A stretch of 64,000 bases of DNA from an uncultured Mycoplasma sp. (GCA_947642635.1 CANRTI010000001.1:4975-68974), one strand, 5' to 3'. Shown: positions 24,311 to 34,398, numbered from the stretch's first letter. Translations and numbers: made by a program. Notes: generated from the letters alone by a model not told the origin.

Positions 24311-26653
24311 ATGAAGAATGAAATAAAAGGATTAAGTAGTATTGAAGCTAAAAAATTATATGAAGAAGGAATGAATAATCACCCTATTGAAGCCCCTTCT
24401 AAAACTATTAAAAAAATAATTAAAGATAATGTTTGTACATATTTTAATGGAGTTTTTTTAATAATTTCAATTTTATTAATTTTAGTTGGTTCAATAAGAA
24501 ATTTAACTTTTTTACCAATCATTATTGCTAATACTTTAATTGGTATTGTTCAAGAAATTCGATCTAAAAAAACTATTGATAAATTAACTATGTTAAATAC
24601 TCCTAAAGCTTTAGTTATAAGAGATGGAGAAACTTTTGAAATTCCTATCGAAGAATTAGTTTTAAATGATATTGTAAAATTTAAAAGTGGAAATCAAATA
24701 TGTGCCGATGCTAAAATAATAAAAGGTCAAGTGTGTGTTAATGAATCGTTACTTACAGGAGAAGAAGATGAAATAATTAAAGAGGAAAATGCTTTCTTAT
24801 TATCAGGAAGCTATATAGTTTCGGGTGAATGTCTAGCTCAGTTACAAAAAGTAGGTGCTGAGTCTTATATTTCAAAATTAACTTTAGAAGCTAAGACAAT
24901 GCACAAAGAAGAACAATCAGAAATAATTAAATCTTTAAATAAAGTTGTTCGACTAGCGGGAGTTGTTATTTTACCAATTGGTTTAACTTTATTTATTCAA
25001 CAATATATTTTACAACATGAAACTTTAAGAGTTTCTATAGAAGCAATGGTAGCTTCTGTAATTGGAATGATACCTGAAGGTTTATTTTTATTAGCTAGTG
25101 TAACCTTGGCAATTAGTGCAATGAAACTGGCTAAAAATAAAGTTTTACTTCATGATATGAAATCGATTGAAATGTTAGCCAGAGTTGATGTGCTATGTGT
25201 CGATAAAACTGGAACAATTACTGATGGTTCAATGAAAGTTGAAAATGTGGAAATATTAAATAAAAATATTCAAAATGATATTTATAGTTTAATAAGTGAT
25301 TTTTGCTTAGAACAAAATACTGATAATTCAACAATGTTAGCGTTGAAAGAACACTTTACAACTTTTGGAAATAGAAAAATTGAATCGGTTTTTGGTTTTT
25401 CTTCGGAGTATAAATATAGTGGTGTTAATTTTTTGGATAGTTCATATATTTTGGGAGCTCCAGAATTTGTTTTAAATAATTATAATAAATATGAAGAAAA
25501 ATTACAAAATTATGCCAAAAAAGGATTAAGAGTTTTAGTTTTTGGGAAATATAGTGATAAAGTTAATGGTAAAAAATTAACAGGAGATGTTACCCCTTAT
25601 GCTTTTATAACTCTTTCTAATCCTATTCGTAAAAATGCTAAAGAAACTTTTAAATATTTTAAAGACCAAAGTGTAGATATTAAAGTTATTTCGGGTGATA
25701 ATCCCATAACTGTTTCAGTAATTGCGGGAGAAGCGGGAATAAAAGGTGCTAAAGAATATATTGACGCAAGAACTTTAACTAGTGATGATGCGATTGAAAA
25801 AGCAATATTAAAATATACAGTTTTTGGACGTGTAACACCAGAACAAAAAAGAAAATTTATAACTGCCCTACAAAAAAATGGAAAAACTGTGGCCATGACA
25901 GGTGATGGCGTTAATGATGTTTTAGCTTTAAAAAAAGCCGATTGTGGAATTGCTATGGCATCAGGAAGCGAAGCAGCAATGCAAGTAGCAGAATTAGTTT
26001 TATTAGAATCTGACTTTTCAAAAATGCCAGAAATTGTACAAGAAGGAAGACAAGTTGTTAATAATTTAGAACGTTCTGGGAGTCTTTTCTTAGTAAAAAA
26101 TATATTTTCATTCTTAATTTCTTTACTCGCAATTTTATTTTCTGTTAAATATCCTTTACAACCTTCACAAATATCTTTAATTAGTATGTTTACTATTGGT
26201 ATACCTGCTTTCTTTTTATCACAAGTACCTAATCAATCTTTAATTAGAGGTAATTTTTTAAAAAATATTTTATTTCGGGCGATACCTGGTGGTCTAGTTG
26301 GAACAGTTATAGTCGCAGTTATGGTTGTCTTTGGAACTATTTTTGAAGCTAGTAGTAGTGATATTTCAACTGCCTCTACTATCCTTCTAGCAATTATTGG
26401 TTTAATGGTATTACATAATATCAGTAAACCGATGGATAAATACAAATGGGCTATTTGGAGTTTTTGTGCAATTGGCTTATTAACAGCAATCATTTTCTTT
26501 AAAGATTTATTTGGTATTGCAGAAAATATGTCCATTCAAGGTACTTTGTTGTGTATAAATTTTATTTTAATTTCCGAAGTATTTTTAAGATATTTAACAA
26601 ATATATTTGATTTTACAAAAAGCATTGTGGCAAAACATAAGAAATCATTGTAA
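24311..26653 (+). CDS. P-type cation-transporting ATPase (780 aa)
   Basis: It has TGE (LTGEED), the phosphorylation site CVDKTGTITDG and the hinge MTGDGVNDVLALKKADCGIAMA. About 10 TM helices are apparent. Confidence 0.92.
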   Translation: MKNEIKGLSSIEAKKLYEEGMNNHPIEAPSKTIKKIIKDNVCTYFNGVFLIISILLILVGSIRNLTFLPIIIANTLIGIVQEIRSKKTIDKLTMLNTPKALVIRDGETFEIPIEELVLNDIVKFKSGNQICADAKIIKGQVCVNESLLTGEEDEIIKEENAFLLSGSYIVSGECLAQLQKVGAESYISKLTLEAKTMHKEEQSEIIKSLNKVVRLAGVVILPIGLTLFIQQYILQHETLRVSIEAMVASVIGMIPEGLFLLASVTLAISAMKLAKNKVLLHDMKSIEMLARVDVLCVDKTGTITDGSMKVENVEILNKNIQNDIYSLISDFCLEQNTDNSTMLALKEHFTTFGNRKIESVFGFSSEYKYSGVNFLDSSYILGAPEFVLNNYNKYEEKLQNYAKKGLRVLVFGKYSDKVNGKKLTGDVTPYAFITLSNPIRKNAKETFKYFKDQSVDIKVISGDNPITVSVIAGEAGIKGAKEYIDARTLTSDDAIEKAILKYTVFGRVTPEQKRKFITALQKNGKTVAMTGDGVNDVLALKKADCGIAMASGSEAAMQVAELVLLESDFSKMPEIVQEGRQVVNNLERSGSLFLVKNIFSFLISLLAILFSVKYPLQPSQISLISMFTIGIPAFFLSQVPNQSLIRGNFLKNILFRAIPGGLVGTVIVAVMVVFGTIFEASSSDISTASTILLAIIGLMVLHNISKPMDKYKWAIWSFCAIGLLTAIIFFKDLFGIAENMSIQGTLLCINFILISEVFLRYLTNIFDFTKSIVAKHKKSL

Positions 26654-26695
26654 TTAATATTTAATAAATTTCCTTAACAAATACATAATATCATA

Positions 26696-26724
26696 AAAAC
26701 GACTTGTAAAAAAGTCGTTTTCTA
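26696..26724 (+). terminator. Rho-independent terminator after the ATPase gene
   Basis: The hairpin AAAACGACTT-gtaaaa-AAGTCGTTTT is followed by T-rich sequence. Confidence 0.65.
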
Positions 26725-26824
26725 TTGCTACTCTAAAAATTCGAGTTTCCTATCAATTTGGTGGCGATGATGTAGAGGTCTACAACTTTTTTGACAAATA
26801 TTTTATATATGAATCAATCTATAT

Positions 26825-28123
26825 TTATTTTAACACATACATTGTATTTTTTCCATTACCAATCATGATTATTAATTCTTTTTCACACATATTATTTAGT
26901 ATATTTTTTGCTCTAGTAGATGAAATATCTAATAATTGTTCTACTATATTTCTATTAATCTTGCTATTTTTATTTAAATATTCAATTATTTTTTCTTCTT
27001 GAGTTAAATTAGATGGTAACACTTTTTCGCTATTTTCTGAATAATTAACATTATATAATGTTACATTAAATGCATTATCTGTGTCAACAAATACTGGCTT
27101 TTTATCAAAATCATTATATGATTCTATTATTCTGCCTATACCTGTCCCAAAACTTTCTACATATTTCAACCTATAAAATATATTAGCTAAATTAGGATTT
27201 CTGCTTTCAGATATTCCTAAATATAAGTCATTTAAACTCAAACCTTTAACAATTCCACCTAATGATGTAATCTCAAAATGATTATCATATAATGAAATCA
27301 ATATGCTTCCCTTATAATTATAATCTCTATGTATAATCGCATTTAATAATGCTTCTCTTAAAGCATATTCGGGATAATCCTTTGTATCTATTCGCTCTAA
27401 TCCAATAATCTTGCCTTTAGTTTTATTAAATAATTCCAAGTATTCGAATACATCATTTACTTGTTTTAAAACTGAACCATTAAATTCTTTTCTATCCTTA
27501 AACTCTAATTTATTTGTTCCATTATAAATTGCACATTTTATTGAATAAGAACATTCGTCTGATAGAAGTAAACCTAAATTTGTATATTGACCATTCAAAT
27601 TAATAATATTTAAACTCTTTAATTTATTATCATCCAATTTAATGCTATGTTTATTAAATATACTATTAAGAGTTTCAAAATTTAGATTTTGATTTTGTGA
27701 AATTAGTGTTTCAAAAGAATCTCCTTGATTTTCAATCAACATTTTCTTTATTACTTCTTCACTAGCAGGAGCACTAGTGTTACCATATCTTAAATATACT
27801 CCTGATGACTTAATTCCTTTTTCAGTTAAATAATAAGGTTTATTAGGCGCTTCCATAACATTAATTTCTATTATATCTTTATCATTTATGTTTATTAAAT
27901 TAACTGAAGTATACAGTGTTAAATCACTTTTAATTCCTTCTCTTATCATTCCAGAAAGAGATTCTAAATCTTCTTTAAAATTTTTCAGACCAATAATATT
28001 TCCATCATCATCAATACCAATGTATATTTTTCCACCCTTAGTATTTGCAAAAGCAATAATTTCCTTTTTAATATCTTTTGTTAATTCAATTTTTAATTCA
28101 GTGTACTCATCTTCAACATACAT
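26825..28123 (-). CDS. AlbA_2 (Schlafen-like AAA_4) plus HATPase_c_4 plus wHTH putative regulator/ATPase
   Basis: The N-terminal EDEYTELKIELTKDIKKEIIAFANTKGGKIYIGIDDDG is typical of the AlbA_2 domain. It also has EALLNAIIHRDYN, FGTGIGRI and a C-terminal wHTH. Confidence 0.75.
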   Translation of the reverse strand: MYVEDEYTELKIELTKDIKKEIIAFANTKGGKIYIGIDDDGNIIGLKNFKEDLESLSGMIREGIKSDLTLYTSVNLININDKDIIEINVMEAPNKPYYLTEKGIKSSGVYLRYGNTSAPASEEVIKKMLIENQGDSFETLISQNQNLNFETLNSIFNKHSIKLDDNKLKSLNIINLNGQYTNLGLLLSDECSYSIKCAIYNGTNKLEFKDRKEFNGSVLKQVNDVFEYLELFNKTKGKIIGLERIDTKDYPEYALREALLNAIIHRDYNYKGSILISLYDNHFEITSLGGIVKGLSLNDLYLGISESRNPNLANIFYRLKYVESFGTGIGRIIESYNDFDKKPVFVDTDNAFNVTLYNVNYSENSEKVLPSNLTQEEKIIEYLNKNSKINRNIVEQLLDISSTRAKNILNNMCEKELIIMIGNGKNTMYVLK

Positions 28124-28174
28124 TTATATCACCTCAATTATAGTATATACAAAATAAAAAATATTATCAACGCA

Positions 28175-28206
28175 TTCGGTCACTTTTCGGTCACTTTTCG
28201 GTCATT
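28175..28206. promoter_or_regulatory. Three tandem 11-bp repeats (TTCGGTCACTT) just upstream of the -35 of the AlbA_2 gene promoter
   Basis: The units are at 28175-28185, 28186-28196 and 28197-28206. On the minus strand they precede TTGATA-17 nt-TATACT and the SD GAGGTG. Confidence 0.5.
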
Positions 28207-28281
28207 CAAAATATAAAATTAAATATTTTCTTATATTCAAATAAAAAAAACGAACTATAAAGGTTCGAATAAATATCAATC

Positions 28282-28366
28282 TGGTGGGCGTGGTGGGACT
28301 TGAACCCACACAGCCGAAACTATTGGTGTTTGAGACCAACGCGTCTACCTATTCCGCCACACGCCC
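28282..28366 (-). tRNA. tRNA-Leu (anticodon CAA), CCA encoded
   Basis: The reverse complement reads GGGCGTGTGGCGGAATAGGTAGACGCGTTGGTCTCAAACACCAATAGTTTCGGCTGTGTGGGTTCAAGTCCCACCACGCCCACCA. It has an anticodon stem TTGGT/ACCAA with loop CTCAAAC, a long variable arm and the T-loop GGTTCAAGTCC. Confidence 0.92.
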
Positions 28367-28408
28367 AAAAAAGATATATTTATTATACCACAATGTGGGA
28401 TAATAAAT

Positions 28409-28966
28409 CTACAAAATTTCATTATCTGTTTTCTTTTTAAATAAGTCTTCATTATCATTAATGCTCTCTTTAGGATATTCTGGTAAATCATTTAAAGAAG
28501 ATAAACCAAAACAATCTAAAAAATCTCTGGTAGTTTTATACATATTCGGATGCCCTGGTAAACTACTTTTACCAGCTATCTTTATTAAGTCTTTACTTAA
28601 TAATTTTTTTATAACATAAACACTACTAATTCCTCTTATCTCATCAACTTCAATTCTAGTTATTGGTTCGTTGTAGGCAATAATAGCTAAAACTTCTAAT
28701 TGTGCTTGTGACAACTCTTCTTTCTTAGTTGTAACTAATTTTTGATAAAATTCTTTATGTTCTTTTTTGGTTGTTAATTTAAAACGATTAGCTAAAAAAC
28801 TTATTTTAATTCCACGATCAGCACTTTCATAAATCTGTTTCAATGCTGTTAGCAAATTTTTAGCTTCTGTTTCAGATATTTCTAATATCTTAGTAATATC
28901 TTCAATAGTAACACCTTCATCTCCAACAACAAATAACAACCCTTCTAAAACTCCTAATAAATTCAT
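28409..28966 (-). CDS. scpB: Segregation and condensation protein B
   Basis: It has LEGLLFVVGDEG…, LSQAQLEVLAIIAYNEPITRIEVDEIRG and GRPNMYKTT-like PGHPNMYKTTRDFL. It overlaps scpA. Confidence 0.9.
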   Translation of the reverse strand: MNLLGVLEGLLFVVGDEGVTIEDITKILEISETEAKNLLTALKQIYESADRGIKISFLANRFKLTTKKEHKEFYQKLVTTKKEELSQAQLEVLAIIAYNEPITRIEVDEIRGISSVYVIKKLLSKDLIKIAGKSSLPGHPNMYKTTRDFLDCFGLSSLNDLPEYPKESINDNEDLFKKKTDNEIL

Positions 28967-29691
28967 AAAACATCCTGACTTTCTATAATAATTGTGCTAA
29001 ATACATTATCTTGCTTAAGTTGTATCTCTTTATTTTTACTCATATCTAAAAGTGATAATAATGTTACAACAATGCTTTCTCGAGTCATAATATCAAATAA
29101 TTCATGAAATTCAACTCTTTTTTTAGCTTTTAAAAAATTTCTAATTTCATTTATTCGTTCTTTAACACTATACTCTTTTCTCGTAACTTTAGTATTAATT
29201 GGTTTTTTAAAATTCATGCGTCTTTGCATTTCTAAAAAAGCATTTAATAAATCATTAATTGTTACATCACTATTAATGACTTTTTCACTTTCAACAAAAT
29301 CTTTCAAATTTTCAGGCATTTTGGTAAAATAGTCCATTCTTTTATTTTCTAATTCCCGGAAATTATCAGTTAATTCTTTATAACGCTCGTATTCAATTAA
29401 TTTATTACGTAAATCTTCTTCGCTTACAATACCAAATTCAGTTTCTTCCGTCGTTTCTTCTTCATCACATTTATTAATTAACATTTTACTTTTTAAATGA
29501 ATTAGTTCTGATGCTAATACAAGATATTCACTACTACTATCAATATCATATTTATCAAGACTATTAATAAATTCAATATATTGATTAATAATATTAGCAA
29601 TATTTACTTTATAAATATCCATTTTGGAAACTTTAACTAAATGCAATAATAAGTCAAAAGGTCCATCAAAATCTTCAATGTGTAAATTCAT
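28963..29691 (-). CDS. scpA: Segregation and condensation protein A
   Basis: It begins FDGPFDLLLHLVKVSKMDIYKVNIANI, the typical ScpA N-terminus. It lies upstream of scpB. Confidence 0.9.
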   Translation of the reverse strand: MNLHIEDFDGPFDLLLHLVKVSKMDIYKVNIANIINQYIEFINSLDKYDIDSSSEYLVLASELIHLKSKMLINKCDEEETTEETEFGIVSEEDLRNKLIEYERYKELTDNFRELENKRMDYFTKMPENLKDFVESEKVINSDVTINDLLNAFLEMQRRMNFKKPINTKVTRKEYSVKERINEIRNFLKAKKRVEFHELFDIMTRESIVVTLLSLLDMSKNKEIQLKQDNVFSTIIIESQDVL

Positions 29692-29709
29692 AAAATCCCC
29701 CTAATTTAG

Positions 29710-30663
29710 TTATTTACAAGTAAACCCATAAGTTTTCATTTCAAAATCAATTACTTTTGGTTCTTCTTTATAACTATAATAATAGCGACTGTCTAAATTA
29801 TTAATATTAGCACTTGTCAAATTAATAGATATTACTGCTGTATAACCATTACTATTTCCATTAAATGTTGCTGATATTCCACTCATATTATTATAAGAAG
29901 GTATTTTATTTTGATATAAATTATATTGTTCTTGATAATTTTGGTCTAGCGGATTACTATTACTAATAGTATGCGTTATTTGACGTAATTCGTCATTTTG
30001 GAAAGTATAAACAATATTTTCTATACCTTTAACACAAGTTAATTGACTACTTAAATTATCATCTTTATTCAAATTAATATTTGGATAATCTTCCTTATTT
30101 TTTTCGGTTAAGACAATATAATTAATAGTATTTTTAACATCAAAGGAAAAACTCTTCTTTCCTTTTGAAGCAATAGTGCCTATATCAATTTTAAATCTTT
30201 CTAGTAAAGTTTTATTAGTATTATAAGTTTCAATATAAAAATTTCTATTACTATAATTTATATTAGTACTACCATTATTAGTTAAATCAAAAGTTAATAA
30301 ATTATTTTGATTTTGAAAATTATTTAATACTAAATCTTTTTGAGTAATAGTTAAATCTGTATTAAATTCAAAATATTCTAAATCATTATCATTATTATTA
30401 TTGTTGTCATTATTTGGCTTATCCATGTTATCATTATCTTTATCATTAATATTATCCTTAATAGCGGGAGATGAACTTTTACCAATTAAATCATTAATAA
30501 AAACACTTATATCATTAATATAATAAATTACTAAAATGAATACAATAAATATAAAAATTACGCGTCCTAAATTACTCTTTTTCTTATAAACATTTCCAAT
30601 TACCTGCGGTTTTAATTCAATATTTTCTAAAACGACATTATTTTTTCCTTTATTTTTTCCCAT
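29710..30663 (-). CDS. Membrane-anchored Asn/Asp-rich hypothetical protein (317 aa)
   Basis: It has an N-terminal TM helix, a low-complexity DN-rich linker and a C-terminal globular part. I recognised no motif. Confidence 0.6.
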   Translation of the reverse strand: MGKNKGKNNVVLENIELKPQVIGNVYKKKSNLGRVIFIFIVFILVIYYINDISVFINDLIGKSSSPAIKDNINDKDNDNMDKPNNDNNNNNDNDLEYFEFNTDLTITQKDLVLNNFQNQNNLLTFDLTNNGSTNINYSNRNFYIETYNTNKTLLERFKIDIGTIASKGKKSFSFDVKNTINYIVLTEKNKEDYPNINLNKDDNLSSQLTCVKGIENIVYTFQNDELRQITHTISNSNPLDQNYQEQYNLYQNKIPSYNNMSGISATFNGNSNGYTAVISINLTSANINNLDSRYYYSYKEEPKVIDFEMKTYGFTCK

Positions 30664-30717
30664 TTTAATTCACCCTTATTATACTTTAATTATTATATCA
30701 TAAATTAAATAAATATC

Positions 30718-31437
30718 CTAACATTTATCATCTTTTGAACAAGATTCTTCATAGTTTTTGCTTTTAATAACTTCTTTAATAACTTTTTCTAATTCCTCTT
30801 CTTCACTAGATGAAAGTTTATCATAAGCACTTTTTTGTGACTTAAGTGTACTAACATGCACTTTTTTAACTACTCCATCTTTGACACTAACAATTGTGGG
30901 AGCATATAATCTTTTTTCTTTTGTATCAAAAGTGTTACCCTCAGCATCTTCTAAAACAAATTTTTCTAAATTTTTATCTAATAGTTTTAATATTTGATAA
31001 TATTCTTTAGTTCCTTCTTTAGTCTTTTTTAACTTTCCTTCTTCCAAAGCAAAAGCAGAACGAATATCTTGAATATTTAAATAATATATTGGTTCTTCAA
31101 GTTCTTCTGCCACTTTCGTTAATGAAGTTATTAAACTCCGGCACCACGGACAACTAGGATAACCAAAATAAATAATACCTGTTTTACTTTTTAATAATTC
31201 AATTATTTTTTGCGGTGTGGCATAAATAACTGTATTTTTTTCACCAATTGTAACTGTGGGATAAACTTTTCCATCTTTATTAGTTTGATCATTTAATTCC
31301 ATATATTCATTTCGAAATTTAATAGCATCAGTAATTGTTTTGGCATTATTATCTCGAAGAGCTAGAATGCATGCTATTAAAACTGCGATTGTTAAAACAA
31401 TTAAAACACCTAAAATAATTTTATTTCTTTTTTCCAT
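30718..31437 (-). CDS. Membrane-anchored thioredoxin-fold protein (CxxC)
   Basis: It has an N-terminal TM helix and the active-site-like motif YPSCPWCR. Confidence 0.7.
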   Translation of the reverse strand: MEKRNKIILGVLIVLTIAVLIACILALRDNNAKTITDAIKFRNEYMELNDQTNKDGKVYPTVTIGEKNTVIYATPQKIIELLKSKTGIIYFGYPSCPWCRSLITSLTKVAEELEEPIYYLNIQDIRSAFALEEGKLKKTKEGTKEYYQILKLLDKNLEKFVLEDAEGNTFDTKEKRLYAPTIVSVKDGVVKKVHVSTLKSQKSAYDKLSSSEEEELEKVIKEVIKSKNYEESCSKDDKC

Positions 31438-31530
31438 TTGTGTACCACCTTAATGTCTATAAAAAATATAACATAAAAAAAAAGATAAGTAAATAAATAT
31501 ATATTATTATCTTTTTATAAAATACTTGAT

Positions 31531-32526
31531 TTAATCTTTTATTTTAGGTAAAGCTTTATATGCTTTTTGATTTTCTTTAGTATAACCAATTAAAATGTTT
31601 TTGTTTTTGTCATGTAATTTTTCTAATATTTTTTCAAGAGTTTTATCATCAAAATTACTAGCAATTGAAATACTCTTTTTATTTTTCTTAAATGCAAGTA
31701 GTGTTTTACCAATAGTAATGCCATTTTGTTTTCTAGTTAATTTATATGACCAATAAATATCTTCATAAGGTGTTACTTCTAAACCATTAACATTTGATAT
31801 GACATATTTATCTGTAAAATATATATTAGCATTTTTAAATTCATCAACATCCTTAGCCATTAAAGCAGTTCTGATGATTTCTTCACCATATTTATCACAA
31901 GCTTTTTTCAATTTTCGTTTTTGATTAATATAACCACCTAAGTTAATAATTGTAAATATTCCTAATAAAACATCAACTAATACTACAATAATCATAACTT
32001 CACTTTTTGGAGTTCTTGCAGTATCTAAATAAGTTTTACCAAAATAATCTTCAAAGTTCGCATAAGTTAAGAAATTTTCTTTTACTTCTTCATTATAAGC
32101 TGAAATAGCTAATCTTTTCATTTCACTTGGAATAGATTTAGTTGTTCCATCAACTTCAAACTCAAATTTATTTTTGTCTTCTTCACTTAAAGCATCATAT
32201 TCTTTTTCAATTTTCTCATATAAACGATTATTTAAATGTAAGATAAACATAAAATTATCTTTATCAAATACTATATAGTATTTTTCTTTTCTGCCATCAC
32301 TAGTTTTCTCTGCAAATAAGTATGGAAAACTATTAAATTTTAAATTAACATATTTTTCAGATACATCTTTACCATCATCAAATAATGTTTGATAATTAAC
32401 TAACTCTTTTTCTTGCTTTTTAATTACATAACTCCCGACTAAATAACTTCCAGCCATTAACACTACTAAAACCAAGCTAATAATTAAACTTTTTTTAGAT
32501 ACTGTTAAAATATTATCTTTTTCCAC
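31531..32526 (-). CDS. Hypothetical two-TM membrane protein (331 aa)
   Basis: It is a long ORF with two hydrophobic helices. I recognised no catalytic motif. Confidence 0.6.
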   Translation of the reverse strand: MEKDNILTVSKKSLIISLVLVVLMAGSYLVGSYVIKKQEKELVNYQTLFDDGKDVSEKYVNLKFNSFPYLFAEKTSDGRKEKYYIVFDKDNFMFILHLNNRLYEKIEKEYDALSEEDKNKFEFEVDGTTKSIPSEMKRLAISAYNEEVKENFLTYANFEDYFGKTYLDTARTPKSEVMIIVVLVDVLLGIFTIINLGGYINQKRKLKKACDKYGEEIIRTALMAKDVDEFKNANIYFTDKYVISNVNGLEVTPYEDIYWSYKLTRKQNGITIGKTLLAFKKNKKSISIASNFDDKTLEKILEKLHDKNKNILIGYTKENQKAYKALPKIKD

Positions 32527-32628
32527 TTCACATCACCTCTATAAATTTACTAATATAATTGTACATTTATAACTAAAAATTTGCAAGACAAAAATAAAAA
32601 AAAGCATTCTTTTAAGAATACTTTTAGA

Positions 32629-33324
32629 TTAATCAAAAGATTCAACTGGATTACAACCAAATTCACTTACATTCATTTTAACAACAACTTGTTTACCAGC
32701 TAATTTTAATTGATCAGTTGTTGTATTATTAATGCTGACTTGAGCACTAATGGTTTCTATAGCATTTTCAGCAGTAGCTTTTGTAATTTTATAAGTAACA
32801 GGAATTGAAATTTCACCATCAGTGGCATCTGCTAATGTTTTTAAATCATATTCAGTTGTTCCAATAGTTACATTGGCACTTGGAATTAAAGTTACTTTAC
32901 CATCACCAACAACTAATTCATCTTTCATTGTTCCGCTTAAAGCAATTTTTAAATTACTAGTACATAAATATTTACTACCAATTTCACCATTACTTACTTC
33001 AGCTTGAGTTATAACGTGTGATTTAGCTGTTTCTTCATAATTTTTGTCAGTTTCTTTAGCAGCATAATATGTTTTACCTTGATTAGCCATATTCATATCT
33101 GTAGCGGCTAGATTAATATGTAAATCTTGAGTTGGATTAGTTAGTAGCGTTCCACCTAAACTTTCTGCTTCACCAGTAACAGTGGTTTCAGTAGTATTAT
33201 CATTACTTGTTATACTATAAAATGCAAATGTTGCTCCCACGACAGCGGCAAGTAAAGTTGCAATACCAATTATTGTTAAAATAATTGTCATGTTCTTATT
33301 TTTGTTTTCATTTTCGTTTTCCAT
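32629..33324 (-). CDS. Secreted protein with SipW-cognate-type signal peptide (231 aa); paralog of the N-terminal half of 59481-61001
   Basis: The signal is IILTIIGIATLLAAVVGATFAFYSITSND. It aligns along its full length with the first about 230 aa of the 506-aa protein. Confidence 0.7.
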   Translation of the reverse strand: MENENENKNKNMTIILTIIGIATLLAAVVGATFAFYSITSNDNTTETTVTGEAESLGGTLLTNPTQDLHINLAATDMNMANQGKTYYAAKETDKNYEETAKSHVITQAEVSNGEIGSKYLCTSNLKIALSGTMKDELVVGDGKVTLIPSANVTIGTTEYDLKTLADATDGEISIPVTYKITKATAENAIETISAQVSINNTTTDQLKLAGKQVVVKMNVSEFGCNPVESFD

Positions 33325-33449
33325 TTTCTATAATCTCCTTCTTTATGGTGCCCTAAAACTACAATAGCACACTTCTATTCTTTTTCATTATACCGATTAT
33401 ATAAAGGAAAATTTATGGTATCAAATGTCGTGTGTAAAGTTGGTAATAT

Positions 33450-33773
33450 TTATTTTAATTTTTTGGTTTTAACAGCTGTTCCATAAGCAATAATTTCGGC
33501 AGCGCCATTCATTACTTGCGAAGAACCATACCGAATATTGATAATAGCATCTGCTCCTAAATTAGTCGCTTCATCAACCATTCTTTTAGTAGCCATACTT
33601 CTAGCTTGACAAATCATTTCTGTGTAGCTACCAATTTCGCCACCTACAATAGTTTTCATTCCTGCCATAAAATCTTTACCAATGTTTTTAGATTGAACTA
33701 TTTGCCCTTTAACAATTCCTAAAACTTCTGTTATTTCTTCACCAGGAAGATAGTCAATATTTACTAGCTTCAT
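33450..33773 (-). CDS. YbjQ/UPF0145 family protein
   Basis: It has GIVKGQIVQSKNIGKDF…GGEI..Y and ADAIINIRY. The start is the ATG after GGAGGTG. Confidence 0.8.
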   Translation of the reverse strand: MKLVNIDYLPGEEITEVLGIVKGQIVQSKNIGKDFMAGMKTIVGGEIGSYTEMICQARSMATKRMVDEATNLGADAIINIRYGSSQVMNGAAEIIAYGTAVKTKKLK

Positions 33774-34398
33774 CTTCTTCACCTCCATTTATCTCTTTAA
33801 TCCGAAGAATTAAATTGTAAATAATGCCAATGACTGGTAATAAAAGTATAGTTATAATAAATATGTATATTACCCATGGTATTTTACTATTCTCAGTTAT
33901 TTGAAAATAAGAAAGAATACTAATTAAAAATAGAAAAAATAAACCAAATACACAACTTGATAGTACTGCCCCACGAATTTTTTTAGCTTTATTTGTTTTA
34001 ACATCCCGCATTGTAAATCCCTCCTTGTTTAGTGTATTCATTACTTCAATATGTTTAGTTAAATCAATATTGGCAAAAGTTTCTGCACTCTTAGAAATTT
34101 CATAACACATATTTTTGACTTTTTCATAATTCTTGGTAGCATTATCAATTTTTTGAATACGATCTATCATACAATCTTTTAATGATAATTGATTAGTATT
34201 TAATAATTGTAATTCCCGAATAGGTACTCCTAATTCTCTTAGAAATTTAATTACTTTTAACTTTTCAATATCTTTTTTTTCATAAATTCGATATTTATTA
34301 TTAACATCTCTTTTAGGAGTTAATAAACCATTTTCTTCATAAAAACGAATGCTTTTTTTTGATAAGCCAACTTTGTGCTCAACTTCATTAATAAACAA
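33754..34398 (-). CDS. MerR-family transcriptional regulator with C-terminal TM helices
   Basis: It has the MerR HTH INEVEHKVGLSKKSIRFYEENGLL and two C-terminal hydrophobic helices. The start is uncertain: TTG 34398 follows AAAGGAG, but the ORF is open to 34416. Confidence 0.75.
   Translation of the reverse strand: MFINEVEHKVGLSKKSIRFYEENGLLTPKRDVNNKYRIYEKKDIEKLKVIKFLRELGVPIRELQLLNTNQLSLKDCMIDRIQKIDNATKNYEKVKNMCYEISKSAETFANIDLTKHIEVMNTLNKEGFTMRDVKTNKAKKIRGAVLSSCVFGLFFLFLISILSYFQITENSKIPWVIYIFIITILLLPVIGIIYNLILRIKEINGGEEDEASKY

Noticed and set aside
26759-26786. TGGTGGCGATGATGTAGAGGTCTACAAC as a possible duplicated tRNA-Leu 3' end (att site) marking the far border of an AlbA_2 island.
   Set aside because: Only about 10 of 14 positions match the tRNA acceptor end, and there is no T-arm similarity. 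The match is too weak to call in AT-rich DNA without comparative data.
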